This document shows positions 17,395-27,777 of a DNA stretch of 64,000 nt, piece by piece (position 1 is the first letter of the stretch; every line of letters begins with the position of its first letter). The notes beneath the pieces are model-generated. The model did no database searches. It saw only the letters and a program-made list of their open reading frames with translations, and was not told the DNA's origin. Source of the stretch: an uncultured Chloroflexia bacterium (GTDB lineage: Bacteria; Chloroflexota; Anaerolineae; Anaerolineales; UBA4823); the NCBI GenBank assembly GCA_963827155.1, contig CAWGZV010000003.1:660984-724983 (forward strand), given 5' to 3'. A program made the position numbers and the translations under genes.

Positions 17395-18229
17395 AATTAT
17401 CCTGGGCGATAACCTTCAGATTCTCAAGGAAATGCCATCCAACAGTGTTGATCTGATCTATATTGATCCGCCGTTCAATACTGGGAAGAAGCAAAAACGC
17501 ACCCAGATCAAAACGATTCGATCAGAACAAGGTGATCGGAAGGGCTTTAGCGGATATCGCTACCAGACGATTCATATTGGCAGCCAAGAATATACCGATA
17601 TATTCGACGACTACCTGGAATTCCTGGAACTCCGTATGATTGAAGCGTATCGAATCCTTTCAGAGAACGGCTCCTTATATTTTCATATCGATTATCGCGA
17701 AGTTCACTATTGCAAAGTGCTGCTTGATCAAATTTTCGGGCGTGAAAGCTTCATAAATGAAATCATATGGTCCTATGACTATGGCGCCCGGACAAAGAAA
17801 AAATGGCCTCCAAAACACGATAATATCTTGTGGTATGCCAAGAACCCAAATCATTACACTTTCAATCTGGATACCATGGATCGGATCCCTTATATGGCGC
17901 CAGGGCTTGTTGGAAAGGAAAAGGCTGCTCGGGGAAAATTGCCAACCGATTCCTGGTGGCATACGATCGTCGCGACCAACGGCAAAGAAAAAACCGGATA
18001 TCCAACTCAAAAGCCGCTTGGGGTAATAAACCGGATTATCCTGGCGTCATCAAACCCGGGAGAGCTTGTGCTGGATTTCTTTGCGGGAAGCGGGACAGTG
18101 GGCGAGAGCTGCCTCGCCGCCAACAGGCGCTTCATTCTGATTGATAATAATCCGCAAGCTTTCGAGGTAATGCAGCGGCGGTTCAGGGATCAATCCAATA
18201 TCCGGTGGATCATTTTCGATAATGCATAA
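17384..18229 (+). CDS. beta-class N6-adenine/N4-cytosine DNA methyltransferase (orphan)
   Basis: Motif IV DLIYIDPPFNTG lies near the N-terminus and motif I VLDFFAGSGTVGESC near the C-terminus. The gene overlaps the TagA-like gene by 11 nt. Confidence 0.85.
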   Translation: MENKIILGDNLQILKEMPSNSVDLIYIDPPFNTGKKQKRTQIKTIRSEQGDRKGFSGYRYQTIHIGSQEYTDIFDDYLEFLELRMIEAYRILSENGSLYFHIDYREVHYCKVLLDQIFGRESFINEIIWSYDYGARTKKKWPPKHDNILWYAKNPNHYTFNLDTMDRIPYMAPGLVGKEKAARGKLPTDSWWHTIVATNGKEKTGYPTQKPLGVINRIILASSNPGELVLDFFAGSGTVGESCLAANRRFILIDNNPQAFEVMQRRFRDQSNIRWIIFDNA

Positions 18230-18235
18230 GTCTCT

Positions 18236-19966
18236 TTGGATAAAGTTGACTTAGAAAGCACTTTAAGAGTCCGGATCATTATAAGGATAACAAAAATTAA
18301 ATCTACAGGTTTCTTCACCTACATTCTTGCATTCTTGGTGGCGGGGTTAATCTTTGTTCGGAATTTTCCAATAAATTTCTTTTCTTCCGATAGTTATGAG
18401 ATCAGGACAAACGATCCAGCCCAAAGTATCTCCGGGTATTATGCTTTCCGTGATACTAAGTGGCATATCCCATTATTTCAAACAAATCGGTTGAACGCAC
18501 CCGAAGGAACCTCGATATCGTTAACCGACAGTATTCCTTTAGCGGCGATGATGGTAAAACCTTTTGCAAGGTTTCTACCATCCGATTTCCATTATTTCAA
18601 GATCTGGTATTTACTTTCCTATGTGCTTCAGGCATTGGCTGCCGTTTTCATCGCCAGACAATTGGATTTGAAGGAATGGTGGATGGCTGTGATCTTTGTA
18701 ATCCTTGCTTTATCATACCCGGCATTTGTACAGCGCTTACCCCATTTTGCATTAACCACTCAGTCCTTGCTACTTTTCAGTTTCGGGCTGTATTTGTTAT
18801 GCACTAAGGATGATTCCCGTATTCTGCTTAAGCCGATATGGATTTTTGTGTGGTTGATATTGATATTCATATCGTTATTAATCCATCCATACTTTACAGC
18901 GATGATCGTTCCGATATACTGGGCAGCATTGATTCGGTCACCGAGGTTAATGAGTAATTGGAAATATCTTGTTGCTGCTTTGATCGCCCCAATGATTGTA
19001 ATTGGAACGGTTTATACAATATTATTGGGATTTTCCTTTTCAGATAAATATCTTAAGGTGGGTGGTTACCAACTTTATTCCATGAATCTCTTAGCTCCAT
19101 TCGCCGGAGGAAATATTATTCGATTGCCCGATATCTATCCTCCGTTAGATATTCAATATTACCAATCTGCAAATTATTTGGGCCTGGGGGCGCTTGGGAT
19201 CATCCTAGGTGGGGTTTTTATCCATCGAAAAAGAATTTTCGGGACGATAACCAGACATTGGTCATTAAGTGTCTTATTGATATGTTTTACGATCTTCTCT
19301 TTATCAGATGAGATTTACCTTGGAGAAAGGATGATTCTGAAATATCCCAATTCGATCTCCAGACTCCTGACCATTTTCGGAGAAATATTTCACGCTGCCG
19401 ATCGTTTTTTTTGGCCGGTTGTGTATATAGTGCTCTTTTCGTGTGCTTATTGGATATTAAAACGCCGGACTTCAATGGGGCTTATTTTTGTCATAATGAT
19501 GCTGGTTATCCAGATAGTGGATTCCCCAAAGCCAAAAATTGATCAATTCTTCCAACAGCAAGATCAAGCTGCTGAATTATTTCCAGCGAAGATCTGGGAT
19601 CAACTCCTTAGTGGCAAAAAGGAATTATTCATTCACCCAGCTTTTGGATGTGGCAGTGGACCATTAGAGATATCATCGTTGCAATTCTTAGCCGCAAAAA
19701 ACTCGACGATTATTAACACTGTTCGAACGGCACGCGTTACAGTAGACTGCGAGAAGAAATTTTCCACAATGCTAAATCACATCAAAGGCAATGGATATGT
19801 TTTCGTGTTTGTTGATAGCGTAACCGCAGATGAAATTGAGGCATTAATTGGGCCGAAATCTAATACGTGGTGCCGCCATTTTATTCGCGGGACGGTCTGC
19901 GTTCCATATCCATCGAAACAAGATCGAACGCTTTTCAAAGACAGCTATTTTTCTACATTTCCATAA
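18236..19966 (+). CDS. large polytopic membrane protein, possibly GT-C-like glycan polymerase or transferase
   Basis: It has ~12 hydrophobic segments followed by a soluble C-terminal ~130 aa. An N-terminal loop (YYAFRDTKWHIPLF..NAPEGTSISLTDSIPLAAMMVKPF) resembles membrane proteins encoded in polysaccharide loci (from memory only). The track start is a TTG, so the true start is uncertain. Confidence 0.45.
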   Translation: MDKVDLESTLRVRIIIRITKIKSTGFFTYILAFLVAGLIFVRNFPINFFSSDSYEIRTNDPAQSISGYYAFRDTKWHIPLFQTNRLNAPEGTSISLTDSIPLAAMMVKPFARFLPSDFHYFKIWYLLSYVLQALAAVFIARQLDLKEWWMAVIFVILALSYPAFVQRLPHFALTTQSLLLFSFGLYLLCTKDDSRILLKPIWIFVWLILIFISLLIHPYFTAMIVPIYWAALIRSPRLMSNWKYLVAALIAPMIVIGTVYTILLGFSFSDKYLKVGGYQLYSMNLLAPFAGGNIIRLPDIYPPLDIQYYQSANYLGLGALGIILGGVFIHRKRIFGTITRHWSLSVLLICFTIFSLSDEIYLGERMILKYPNSISRLLTIFGEIFHAADRFFWPVVYIVLFSCAYWILKRRTSMGLIFVIMMLVIQIVDSPKPKIDQFFQQQDQAAELFPAKIWDQLLSGKKELFIHPAFGCGSGPLEISSLQFLAAKNSTIINTVRTARVTVDCEKKFSTMLNHIKGNGYVFVFVDSVTADEIEALIGPKSNTWCRHFIRGTVCVPYPSKQDRTLFKDSYFSTFP

Positions 19967-19995
19967 ACCGATTTTTTCTAAATGTGCTCCTGAGA

Positions 19996-20039
19996 AAAAG
20001 AAAAAAACTCACCCTATCGAATGATTCGAAGGGTGAGTT
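19996..20039 (-). terminator. intrinsic terminator after the COG2403 gene
   Basis: The minus-strand hairpin ACTCACCCT...AGGGTGAGT (20007-20038) is followed by a U7 run. Confidence 0.6.
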
Positions 20040-20072
20040 ATTAATCCTGGAAATATCAAAAAATCGCGCGGC

Positions 20073-21392
20073 TTACTTCCCGAATTTTTTACGCAAGATA
20101 TCCTCGAGTGTCGGCACGCCGATTTCCTGCAATTCATAACGCACGCGTTGAGTGGGTTTGTTGATTTTTACCACCCGAGAGAGATCGATCGGTGTACCGA
20201 TGATCACAAGATCGGCATCAATGGCATTGATCGTCATTTCGAGCTCTTTCGTTTGGACTTCACCGTAACCCATCGCGGGGAGGATCGCGCCGGTGGTTGG
20301 GTACTTCGCATAGGTATCGCGAATTGAGCCAACTGCAAAAGGTCGCGGATCGATAATTTCAGCCGCTCCAAAGCGCTGCGCGGCTACCCATCCCGCTCCA
20401 TAAGCCATTTCACCGTGTGTAAGCGTTGGTCCATCTTCGATCACCAGCACGCGCTTGCCCAGGATCGCAGATGGGTCATCGACAAACAGTGGGGAAGCCG
20501 CCTCAATGATGGTTGCGCCGGGATTTACTCTTCTCAAGTTCTCGCGAACTTTCAATACGCTTTCGGGGTCTGCAGTATCAACTTTATTAATCACAAAAAC
20601 ATCTGCCAGCCTGGCGTTCGTTTCGCCAGGGTGGTAGCTGACCTCATGGCCGGGTCGATGTGGATCTGCAACCACGATCTGCAAGTCTGAAACATAGAAT
20701 GGGAAATCGTTGTTACCGCCATCCCACAAGATAATATCCACTTCCTGCTCAGCCTGCCTTAAGATCCGTTCGTAATCCACTCCTGCATACACGATTACTC
20801 CGTTGTCAAGATGCGGTTCGTATTCCTCTCGTTCTTCAATCGTGCATTCGTGTTTCTCTAAATCACTGTAATCGGCATAACGCTGAACTGCCTGCTTTGC
20901 AAGGTCGCCGTATGGCATTGGATGGCGAATTGCGGCTACCCTAAAGCCCATACTTCGAAGGATAAGCGATACGCGCCGGGTAGTTTGGCTTTTACCAGAT
21001 CCCGTTCGCACTGCGCAGACAGACACTACCGGACGATTAGATTTCACCTGTGTGTTTGTCGGCCCCATCAGGCGGAAATCCGCACCCGCCGCCAGGACCT
21101 GCGAGGCTTTATGCATGACAACCTCATGAGGGACATCGCTGTAAGCAAAAACGACCTGGGTTGCTGCCTTTTCTCGGATCAACTTGATCAGATCGCTTTC
21201 GGCGAAGATCGGGATTCCCTTTGGATAATGAGCTCCTGCCAGCTCGGTTGGGTACACACGGCCGGCGATATCCGGGATTTGTGTGGCGGTAAAAGCGACC
21301 ACCTCGTAATCTGGATTGTTCCGGAAAAATACATTGAAGTTATGGAAATCGCGCCCTGCGGCGCCCATGATGATCGTGCGAATTGGGGACAT
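20073..21392 (-). CDS. COG2403-family P-loop protein (annotated in databases as predicted GTPase / cyclic 2,3-diphosphoglycerate synthetase-like)
   Basis: It has the N-terminal IIMGAAGRDFHNFN motif and an internal P-loop-like VRTGSGKSQTT at 439 aa. I recognised the family from memory only. Confidence 0.5.
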   Translation of the reverse strand: MSPIRTIIMGAAGRDFHNFNVFFRNNPDYEVVAFTATQIPDIAGRVYPTELAGAHYPKGIPIFAESDLIKLIREKAATQVVFAYSDVPHEVVMHKASQVLAAGADFRLMGPTNTQVKSNRPVVSVCAVRTGSGKSQTTRRVSLILRSMGFRVAAIRHPMPYGDLAKQAVQRYADYSDLEKHECTIEEREEYEPHLDNGVIVYAGVDYERILRQAEQEVDIILWDGGNNDFPFYVSDLQIVVADPHRPGHEVSYHPGETNARLADVFVINKVDTADPESVLKVRENLRRVNPGATIIEAASPLFVDDPSAILGKRVLVIEDGPTLTHGEMAYGAGWVAAQRFGAAEIIDPRPFAVGSIRDTYAKYPTTGAILPAMGYGEVQTKELEMTINAIDADLVIIGTPIDLSRVVKINKPTQRVRYELQEIGVPTLEDILRKKFGK

Positions 21393-21514
21393 ATTTGAAT
21401 TTTGCTCCTTATTCGTGAGAAATTACTGCAGTCAAATTTTCTCGCAACCAGCAGTATTATCCATGATTGATATGTAATCTCAAAGTTAATAAAATTCGCT
21501 GCTCATTCCAAAAA

Positions 21515-23323
21515 TCACATCACATCTGGCGCAGCGATATCTAATACTCTCAGGGCATTTGCCAATGTCTGGCGTGCGGCTGCAACCAATCGAAGGCGAG
21601 CGTTGCGGATTTCCTCAGTTTCGGTTTGAAGCACCGGGACAGCGTGGTAGAAGCTGTGAAAAGAATTTGCCAGATCATACGCATAACTCGCTATGATAAG
21701 AGGACGGTATTCCTCCGCTGCCTGCTGAACGACCGCCGGAAATCTTGAAATCAAATCCACCAGCTGAATTTCGTGGCTCGAAAGTTGATAGCTTATATCC
21801 GCTTTGGGTGGAATTCCACCAGCCTTGCGCAAAATGCTGCTCGCGCGCACGTGAGCATTTTGGATATAGGGTCCGGTGTGACCATCGAAATTTAATGCGT
21901 CATCAATATCAAATACGATATCTTTGTTATTATCGACCGAAAGCATGGCATAGACCAGAGCTCCAAGCCCGATTTGTTCTGCAACATTCTGGCGTTCCTC
22001 TTGAGGCAGATCTGGATTCTTCTTTTCGATCTCTGCCAGAACTCGCAGGCATGCCTCATCGTAAACATCCTTGAAGAGCGCTAATCGGCCTCTTCGAGCA
22101 GACATGGCGCCCTCTGGAAGACTAACGAAACCATAACCCAGGTGATAGCATTTTTCGGCTTGCTTGAACCCCCAAAGCTCCAGAATTTTGAAAGTCTGCT
22201 GCATATAAAAACTTTGACGGACATCGATTACATAAATTGAGCGATCTACACCAAATTTCTCAAATTTCACCTTGGCGAGGGCAAGATCTTTTGTCAGATA
22301 TAGCGTGGTACCATCACTTCTAAGCAGTACATTTGTGCGGTATTTCGCTTTCTTCAGACCCAGTTTCTCGTCAATTTTTACAATAACTGGTCCTTCCGGA
22401 CGCTCGTCATCGGCGATACCCCGTTGGATGAGCTCATCAACGATCTCTTTTGCCGATTCATCGACCTCGCTCTCAAAAAACCAGACATCGATCTTAATAT
22501 CCAGCAATCGCAGGATTTCACGCAGCTCTTCCAGGCTCCATTCGCGGGTTCGAAGCCAGAGAGCGTGAACTTCGGGGTCGCCGGCATTCCATTTGCGATA
22601 GAGCTCTCGCCGTTCGGTTTCGTAGCCTTCACGGATTGTTTTCTGCTCGGGGTTTTCAGCCTCTTTTTGCTCGAGAAGCTGAGAAGCCTCAACATAGAGC
22701 TTCAACAGCCATTGACCTCGTTCATGAATTCCTTGCGGTTCTTGGTCTAGGTAGAACTTCTGATACATCCAAAGCACAGTGATAACCCCAAGGCCCATAT
22801 CTCCAGGATATGAGGCTCGAATGGTGGGTAAACCGGCAAATTCCAGCAGGCGTGAGAGTGTTTCTCCCAGGATCGCATTGCGAAAATGACCCATGTGGAA
22901 GGAATGGTGGGTGTTTGGTTGAGCGTACTCCACCATCACACGTTCGGATTTTGCTTCGCCGCGCCCAAAATTATCTCCCTGGGCAAGGATCGTCCTAACC
23001 GCTTCCGAGCTGTATTCGGATGTGGAATAATAGCAGTTGAGGTAGCCTTTGACGGCTTCAATCCGTGAGAAACCGGGCAGATGTCCAATTTTCTGAGAGA
23101 CTTCTTCTGCTAACTGGGCAGCCCGCTGCGGAACAGAGAGCTCTCTTACGGCTACTCCGAGGCGAGCTTCAGCCGCGGCAAGCTGAAAGAAAGAGGTTGA
23201 CATGCCCCATTCGCCGGCAAATGGAATCGGCTGCCATTGGATGTTGGTCGGTTCGGGAATGTTTTTATCATTGCAGTATGCCCGAATGACAGCCTCAAGT
23301 TGTATTCGTTCGGAGTCGAACAT
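21515..23323 (-). CDS. argS: arginine--tRNA ligase
   Basis: The 602-aa protein has the class I HIGH-type motif SFHMGHFRN. Its C-terminal anticodon-binding domain ends in APDVM, as is typical of ArgRS. Confidence 0.95.
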   Translation of the reverse strand: MFDSERIQLEAVIRAYCNDKNIPEPTNIQWQPIPFAGEWGMSTSFFQLAAAEARLGVAVRELSVPQRAAQLAEEVSQKIGHLPGFSRIEAVKGYLNCYYSTSEYSSEAVRTILAQGDNFGRGEAKSERVMVEYAQPNTHHSFHMGHFRNAILGETLSRLLEFAGLPTIRASYPGDMGLGVITVLWMYQKFYLDQEPQGIHERGQWLLKLYVEASQLLEQKEAENPEQKTIREGYETERRELYRKWNAGDPEVHALWLRTREWSLEELREILRLLDIKIDVWFFESEVDESAKEIVDELIQRGIADDERPEGPVIVKIDEKLGLKKAKYRTNVLLRSDGTTLYLTKDLALAKVKFEKFGVDRSIYVIDVRQSFYMQQTFKILELWGFKQAEKCYHLGYGFVSLPEGAMSARRGRLALFKDVYDEACLRVLAEIEKKNPDLPQEERQNVAEQIGLGALVYAMLSVDNNKDIVFDIDDALNFDGHTGPYIQNAHVRASSILRKAGGIPPKADISYQLSSHEIQLVDLISRFPAVVQQAAEEYRPLIIASYAYDLANSFHSFYHAVPVLQTETEEIRNARLRLVAAARQTLANALRVLDIAAPDVM

Positions 23324-23390
23324 GCCAGCACTCTTATTGACCCTGTTTGGATTGACAGGCAGACCAAGAAATTATTCGAGCAGAAATTCT

Positions 23391-23421
23391 AAAAAAAAAC
23401 GGGAGCAAATCAGCGCTCCCG
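23391..23421 (-). terminator. intrinsic terminator after rpsT
   Basis: The minus-strand RNA reads CGGGAGC-gctgattt-GCTCCCG followed by U9. Confidence 0.75.
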
Positions 23422-23458
23422 AAATCGATTAAATAGTTAAAAGAAACTCCCCTCAGGC

Positions 23459-23728
23459 TCACGCTTTTTGAAGCTCGTTCAGCTGCTTCATCAAACGGCT
23501 TTTGCGGCGAGCCGCATTGTTTTTATGGATAATTCCTTTTTCAGCTGCTTTATCGAGAGCGCTGATCGCAGTCAGGGTCGCCTTGAGCGCATCTTCCTGG
23601 ACACCATCGGAAATCGCCAGGCGAGCTTTCCGGACATACGTGCGAGCTTGACCAGCATAAACTCGGTTGCGCAGACGACGTTTTTCGTTCTGCTTGTTGC
23701 GTTTGATTTGTGACTTGATGTTTGCCAA
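23459..23728 (-). CDS. rpsT: 30S ribosomal protein S20
   Basis: The sequence MANIKSQIKRNKQNEKRRLRN... is the canonical S20 N-terminus, and the protein is 89 aa. Confidence 0.95.
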   Translation of the reverse strand: MANIKSQIKRNKQNEKRRLRNRVYAGQARTYVRKARLAISDGVQEDALKATLTAISALDKAAEKGIIHKNNAARRKSRLMKQLNELQKA

Positions 23729-23828
23729 CTCAATCCTCCAGATCAGGTACTTCTAATACAACCACGGCTTGCTATTTTACTAGATGGTTCGTTTTTTGTC
23801 CAGAACCTTTTTGGCATTGAATTTGTGC

Positions 23829-25235
23829 TTAGAAAGCGCCTTTTCCCTGGATCACAACCGCGAAAGTCTTGAGCAGGATATAAATATCCAGCAGAAGAGA
23901 GTAATGCTGTATATAATAAAGGTCGTCCTCTGTATGGAGGTGCATCGGTCGGTCGCTCCTTCCATTGATCTGCCACCAGCCGGTGATCCCTTGAGGCGCT
24001 GCGAATCTCTTCCGCTGCCAGGTTTCATAACGATCGACCAGATAGGGAAGTTCCGGGCGCGGGCCAACCAGGCTCATTTCGCCTTTGATTACGTTGTACA
24101 GCTGGGGAATCTCGTCCAGGCTGGTGCGGCGTAAGAATTTGCCAATTCTAGTGACTCGCGGGTCATCGGCGTTTTTATGAAGCAAGCGGCCTTGTTCGTC
24201 GACCTTCTCGACGGTTCTGCGAACTGACTCGGCATCGTGTTTCATCGAACGAAATTTATACATTTTAAACAGCCGCCCATTTTCTCCAATTCGCATCTGG
24301 CTGAATAAAATCGGCCCCGGAGTCTCCAGGCGAATGGCAAGTCCGATCAGTACTCCAATGAGGATTCCCACTGGAACCGAGAGCAAGGCAACGATAAGGT
24401 CGAATGCACGCTTGATTAAACGCTGGGAGTCGCTGAGAGCCGGAGCGCGCAGATCCAACATGGCTATTCCCCCGAACTCCTCAACCGCGGCTTTATGTAG
24501 TGCAAGGCGGAAATAATCGGGGATCAGCCAGATCTTCACCGGGTATTGGTGCAGGTAGCCCACGATTGTATTTGTGCGCTCGTAATCTTCCTGAGGAAGC
24601 GCGACCACGATATCTTCGAGCTTATGCTCGCGTATCTTTTGACCCAGGATTTCTAAAAGATTGGCTGCAGCTTGCTTCCCTTCGCCTGGTTGAACTTCGA
24701 TGAGTTCGACGACTCTTAACCCAGAGCGGTTGTCCGCTTGAATTTGATGGTACAGCTCCAATCCGGCCGGACTCCCGCTGAGGATCAGCACGCGGCGCTG
24801 TTGACCTGAGAACGGGCCGAATACACCGATGAAAGCCCTCGACAATCCCCGCCAGCCCAACATGGATAAATAAGTCATTAAGACAAATGATGCAAAAAGG
24901 AGCCTTGATACTTCCCTGTAGGAAACATACAAGGTGCCCGCCAGAGCCATAGCTGCAAGCAGCGAACCGAGCGTCAGACTGGCAAACTCATCGATCCAGC
25001 GGCGGTTACGCCTGCCGTCGTAGACCGAAAAGAGTGAAAAAACTGCCACCCACTCGAAAGCGAAAATAAGATAGACGATCCAAGGGATTGGGACAATCTG
25101 GGGGTATTCTTCGGCAAAGGGCAGAAATCCCAGCTTTGGGCGCAAAGCGACTGCGACTGCCAGCATTAGACAGACGCACAGCCCGTCTAAAACCATCGAA
25201 AACAGCGCGAAATTGACTGAAAAACGACGAAACAT
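23829..25235 (-). CDS. polyprenyl-phosphate glycosyl-1-phosphate transferase (bacterial sugar transferase, WcaJ/EpsB-like priming enzyme)
   Basis: N-terminal TM segments are followed by [73 protein letters not shown] prefer the ATG at 25235 (MFRRFSV); the track ORF extends to 25292. Confidence 0.85.
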   Translation of the reverse strand: MFRRFSVNFALFSMVLDGLCVCLMLAVAVALRPKLGFLPFAEEYPQIVPIPWIVYLIFAFEWVAVFSLFSVYDGRRNRRWIDEFASLTLGSLLAAMALAGTLYVSYREVSRLLFASFVLMTYLSMLGWRGLSRAFIGVFGPFSGQQRRVLILSGSPAGLELYHQIQADNRSGLRVVELIEVQPGEGKQAAANLLEILGQKIREHKLEDIVVALPQEDYERTNTIVGYLHQYPVKIWLIPDYFRLALHKAAVEEFGGIAMLDLRAPALSDSQRLIKRAFDLIVALLSVPVGILIGVLIGLAIRLETPGPILFSQMRIGENGRLFKMYKFRSMKHDAESVRRTVEKVDEQGRLLHKNADDPRVTRIGKFLRRTSLDEIPQLYNVIKGEMSLVGPRPELPYLVDRYETWQRKRFAAPQGITGWWQINGRSDRPMHLHTEDDLYYIQHYSLLLDIYILLKTFAVVIQGKGAF

Positions 25236-25295
25236 ATCCTGGCATATTATAATTATTGTATAGCCAAATGATGATGATATTCCTGGACACAAATA

Positions 25296-26620
25296 ATGGA
25301 ATTTAGAAATGAATCATTGAGCGATCGTGAAGTAGAAATTTTGCAGCTTCTGGCGACAGGGGCCACAAACAAAGAAATTGCTCAAAAGCTTTTTATCAGC
25401 AGCAACACTGTTAAAATCCACTTAAGGAATATTTTTTCCAAAATTGAAGTCAATACCAGAACAGAAGCAGTATTAGTTGCATTAGAAAAGGGATGGGTGT
25501 CTAACGTACCAAGGTCGTCTGCTTCCGATCTCACCATAGATGGCTCGCTGCCTGCGTCTGTCGCTGTAGAGGTTTACGAACATGTTCAAGCACAAAAAGC
25601 GCTTTTATCTCGGAAATCTTTAATCGCATTAATATTCTCAGCTACATTATTGGTAATTCTGGCCAACATTTGGATTTGGAACGCGCGTCAAGAAGAAACC
25701 CAAATCCCATTATCCGTTTCAAAGAATAATAAGGTAGATAACTGGCAAGCTTTAAGCCCGATGCAGACTTCCAGATCAAGCTTTGCGGTAGTAACCTTTG
25801 GAGGTTTTATTTACGCAATCGGAGGAATGACTGATGATGGTCTTGCGGATATATCAGAACGATATGACCCATTAAAAAATGAATGGCAACCAATAGCTCC
25901 AAAACCAGTTCCTGTGAGCGAGATTCAAGGAGTGGTTATTGGGGGAGAGTCTATATACCAGGCGGAAGATTGGAATCAGGGGAGTCGACTGACGTATTAG
26001 ATATTTATGATCCAGAGAAGAATGTTTGGATCCAAGGAAAAAGATTGCCACAACCTTTAAGCGGTTACGCGCTTGCTGCTTATGAAGGTCAGCTCTTCAT
26101 ATTTGGAGGAAAAGACGATATCAATTATTACAGGTCGATCTATCGATATGATCTAAACGATGATGTATGGGAATTGATTGCTGAGCTCCCAGCAGCCAGG
26201 GCTTATTCGGGTGCTGCGGTTATTGGAAATTTGATTTACATTGTTGGGGGAATTAACGGCGAAGAAGTCTTTAAGGATACGCTGGTTTATGAGCCAAGTT
26301 CTCGGATCGCAACCGCCGATAAGGAGTTGACCCTCCCGAATGGTCGTTACAGATTAGGAGTATCCAGCATAGCTGAATTTATGGTCGTGGTAGGGGGTCT
26401 CCAGGATATTACAACTCCACCACTTTCTTTGTTATTCGCTCCAAGCAACCAGATTTGGCAGGAATTTGGTCAGTTGAAGGAATTCCCTGAATTGCCAGGA
26501 GTTACTTCATTAGGAAATTATATATATATCATTGGAGGAGGGGAAAAAGGCCGAGTGAGTGATAGAAATATTTCTTACCAGGCGATTTATACTCAGGCTT
26601 TTCCGATTATCCAAAAATAG
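25296..26620 (+). CDS. membrane-anchored LuxR-type HTH regulator with extracytoplasmic Kelch-repeat propeller (one frameshift at 25941-25945)
   Basis: The N-terminus has LSDREVEILQLLATGATNKEIAQKLFISSNTVKIHLRNIF. One TM segment follows (LIALIFSATLLVILANIWIW), then Kelch-like repeats (FGGFIYAIGG, GRVYIPGG, EGQLFIFGG, IGNLIYIVGG, FMVVVGG, GNYIYIIGG). Track ORFs 25296-26000 and 25883-26620 join at a G5 run. Confidence 0.7.
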
Positions 26621-26704
26621 GCTGATCCAAGAATTTTATTTCCTGCGTTCGCAAAATAGATCTAGCTGATGATAAACCCATAGTTCAGCTGAGTACACGA
26701 CAGG

Positions 26705-27472
26705 TCAATCACTTAGAAATCTTTCGTATTCGGAATTCTCTAAGCTAGCCGAAATCTCCGCATAATTTTCGACGAAATCCTCAACGTCATCGGAAGTGGT
26801 TCGCAAAATATTTGTATCTACCGGTGCAGATGCAATTCGGAGATATTCACAAATTCGATCAACAGTCGCTTGTTGTTTTGATTTTGTTAATAAATCATCT
26901 TCATAACAAATGGTCTGATATGTGAAGTCTTTCAGAGATATTGAATGGTTGTATTCCAAGTCCTCAAAACGCTTAATTTTCCGCAGGAGTACAGTGGGAT
27001 CAACATGCATCGGGATCCGACGGATCTCCCCATCGGTTTTCTTGATGTGGGTTTTTCCGATGAAACTGGCGTAAAGTGAGGATAACGCGGCTCGAAACAG
27101 GTTTCGCCGAACCAGGTTGATGATGAGGTAGCCGGACTGTACCAAAGATGATAAGAAGGTCGCAGGAGACTCAATATTTTGAGTCTCAAAGTGATCGACC
27201 AATAATTTAAAACCAAAAATCTCCTTTCGACAAATCGAAGCGTTGCAATCGATATAGCGGCGTGGGTCGAAAAGTGGGTGAATTAACAATTCGCCCTCGC
27301 AGTGGATATCCGGATGTGCATCCAGCAAGCTAACGAGCAGGGTGCTGCCTGATCGTGGGAATCCATATATAAGAAATTTCTTTATTGGATGCCTCTTATG
27401 GATGGTCAGGCAGTAAGGATATAACAGAAGCTCTTTTATGTAGCCTTTATAATCTCTTGTCGCTGTGGGCAT
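26705..27472 (-). CDS. sulfotransferase-family protein (Stf0-like)
   Basis: It has a PAPS-binding 5'-PSB-type loop (YGFPRSGSTLLVSLL) and is 255 aa. Confidence 0.6.
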   Translation of the reverse strand: MPTATRDYKGYIKELLLYPYCLTIHKRHPIKKFLIYGFPRSGSTLLVSLLDAHPDIHCEGELLIHPLFDPRRYIDCNASICRKEIFGFKLLVDHFETQNIESPATFLSSLVQSGYLIINLVRRNLFRAALSSLYASFIGKTHIKKTDGEIRRIPMHVDPTVLLRKIKRFEDLEYNHSISLKDFTYQTICYEDDLLTKSKQQATVDRICEYLRIASAPVDTNILRTTSDDVEDFVENYAEISASLENSEYERFLSD

Positions 27473-27695
27473 CCAAATTTCCTGGGTAATTGTATATCTA
27501 ACGCATTTCCTCGGCTTGATTATCTACTTTTTCTATAATTTAAAAGTGAGAAGAAAGATGATCTAATAGCCTCCTCAGCCGCGTCGAATTGTAACAGGAT
27601 TCACAAGGCACAGGCATTCGAGGACGAATTCGGAAGAAATCAATTAATATTCTGAATTTCAAAGCGCCAGAACGCTGGTGAGTATGAAGGAATGC

Positions 27696-27740
27696 AATGA
27701 AAAACCCAACGCAGGTCATCTGTGACAAGCGTTGGGTTTT
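27696..27740 (-). terminator. intrinsic terminator after the secreted repeat protein gene
   Basis: The minus-strand RNA reads AAAACCCAACGC-loop-GCGUUGGGUUUUUCA, with 12-bp arms at 27701-27712 and 27729-27740. Confidence 0.7.
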
Positions 27741-27777
27741 CTCTCGCGATCAAGTAGTTGTGATACTATAGGAGGAG

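Noticed and set aside
17384-19966. Possible restriction-modification system around the DNA methyltransferase
   Set aside because: The downstream gene is a 576-aa polytopic membrane protein and the upstream gene is a GT26 glycosyltransferase. No nuclease-like ORF is present on either strand.
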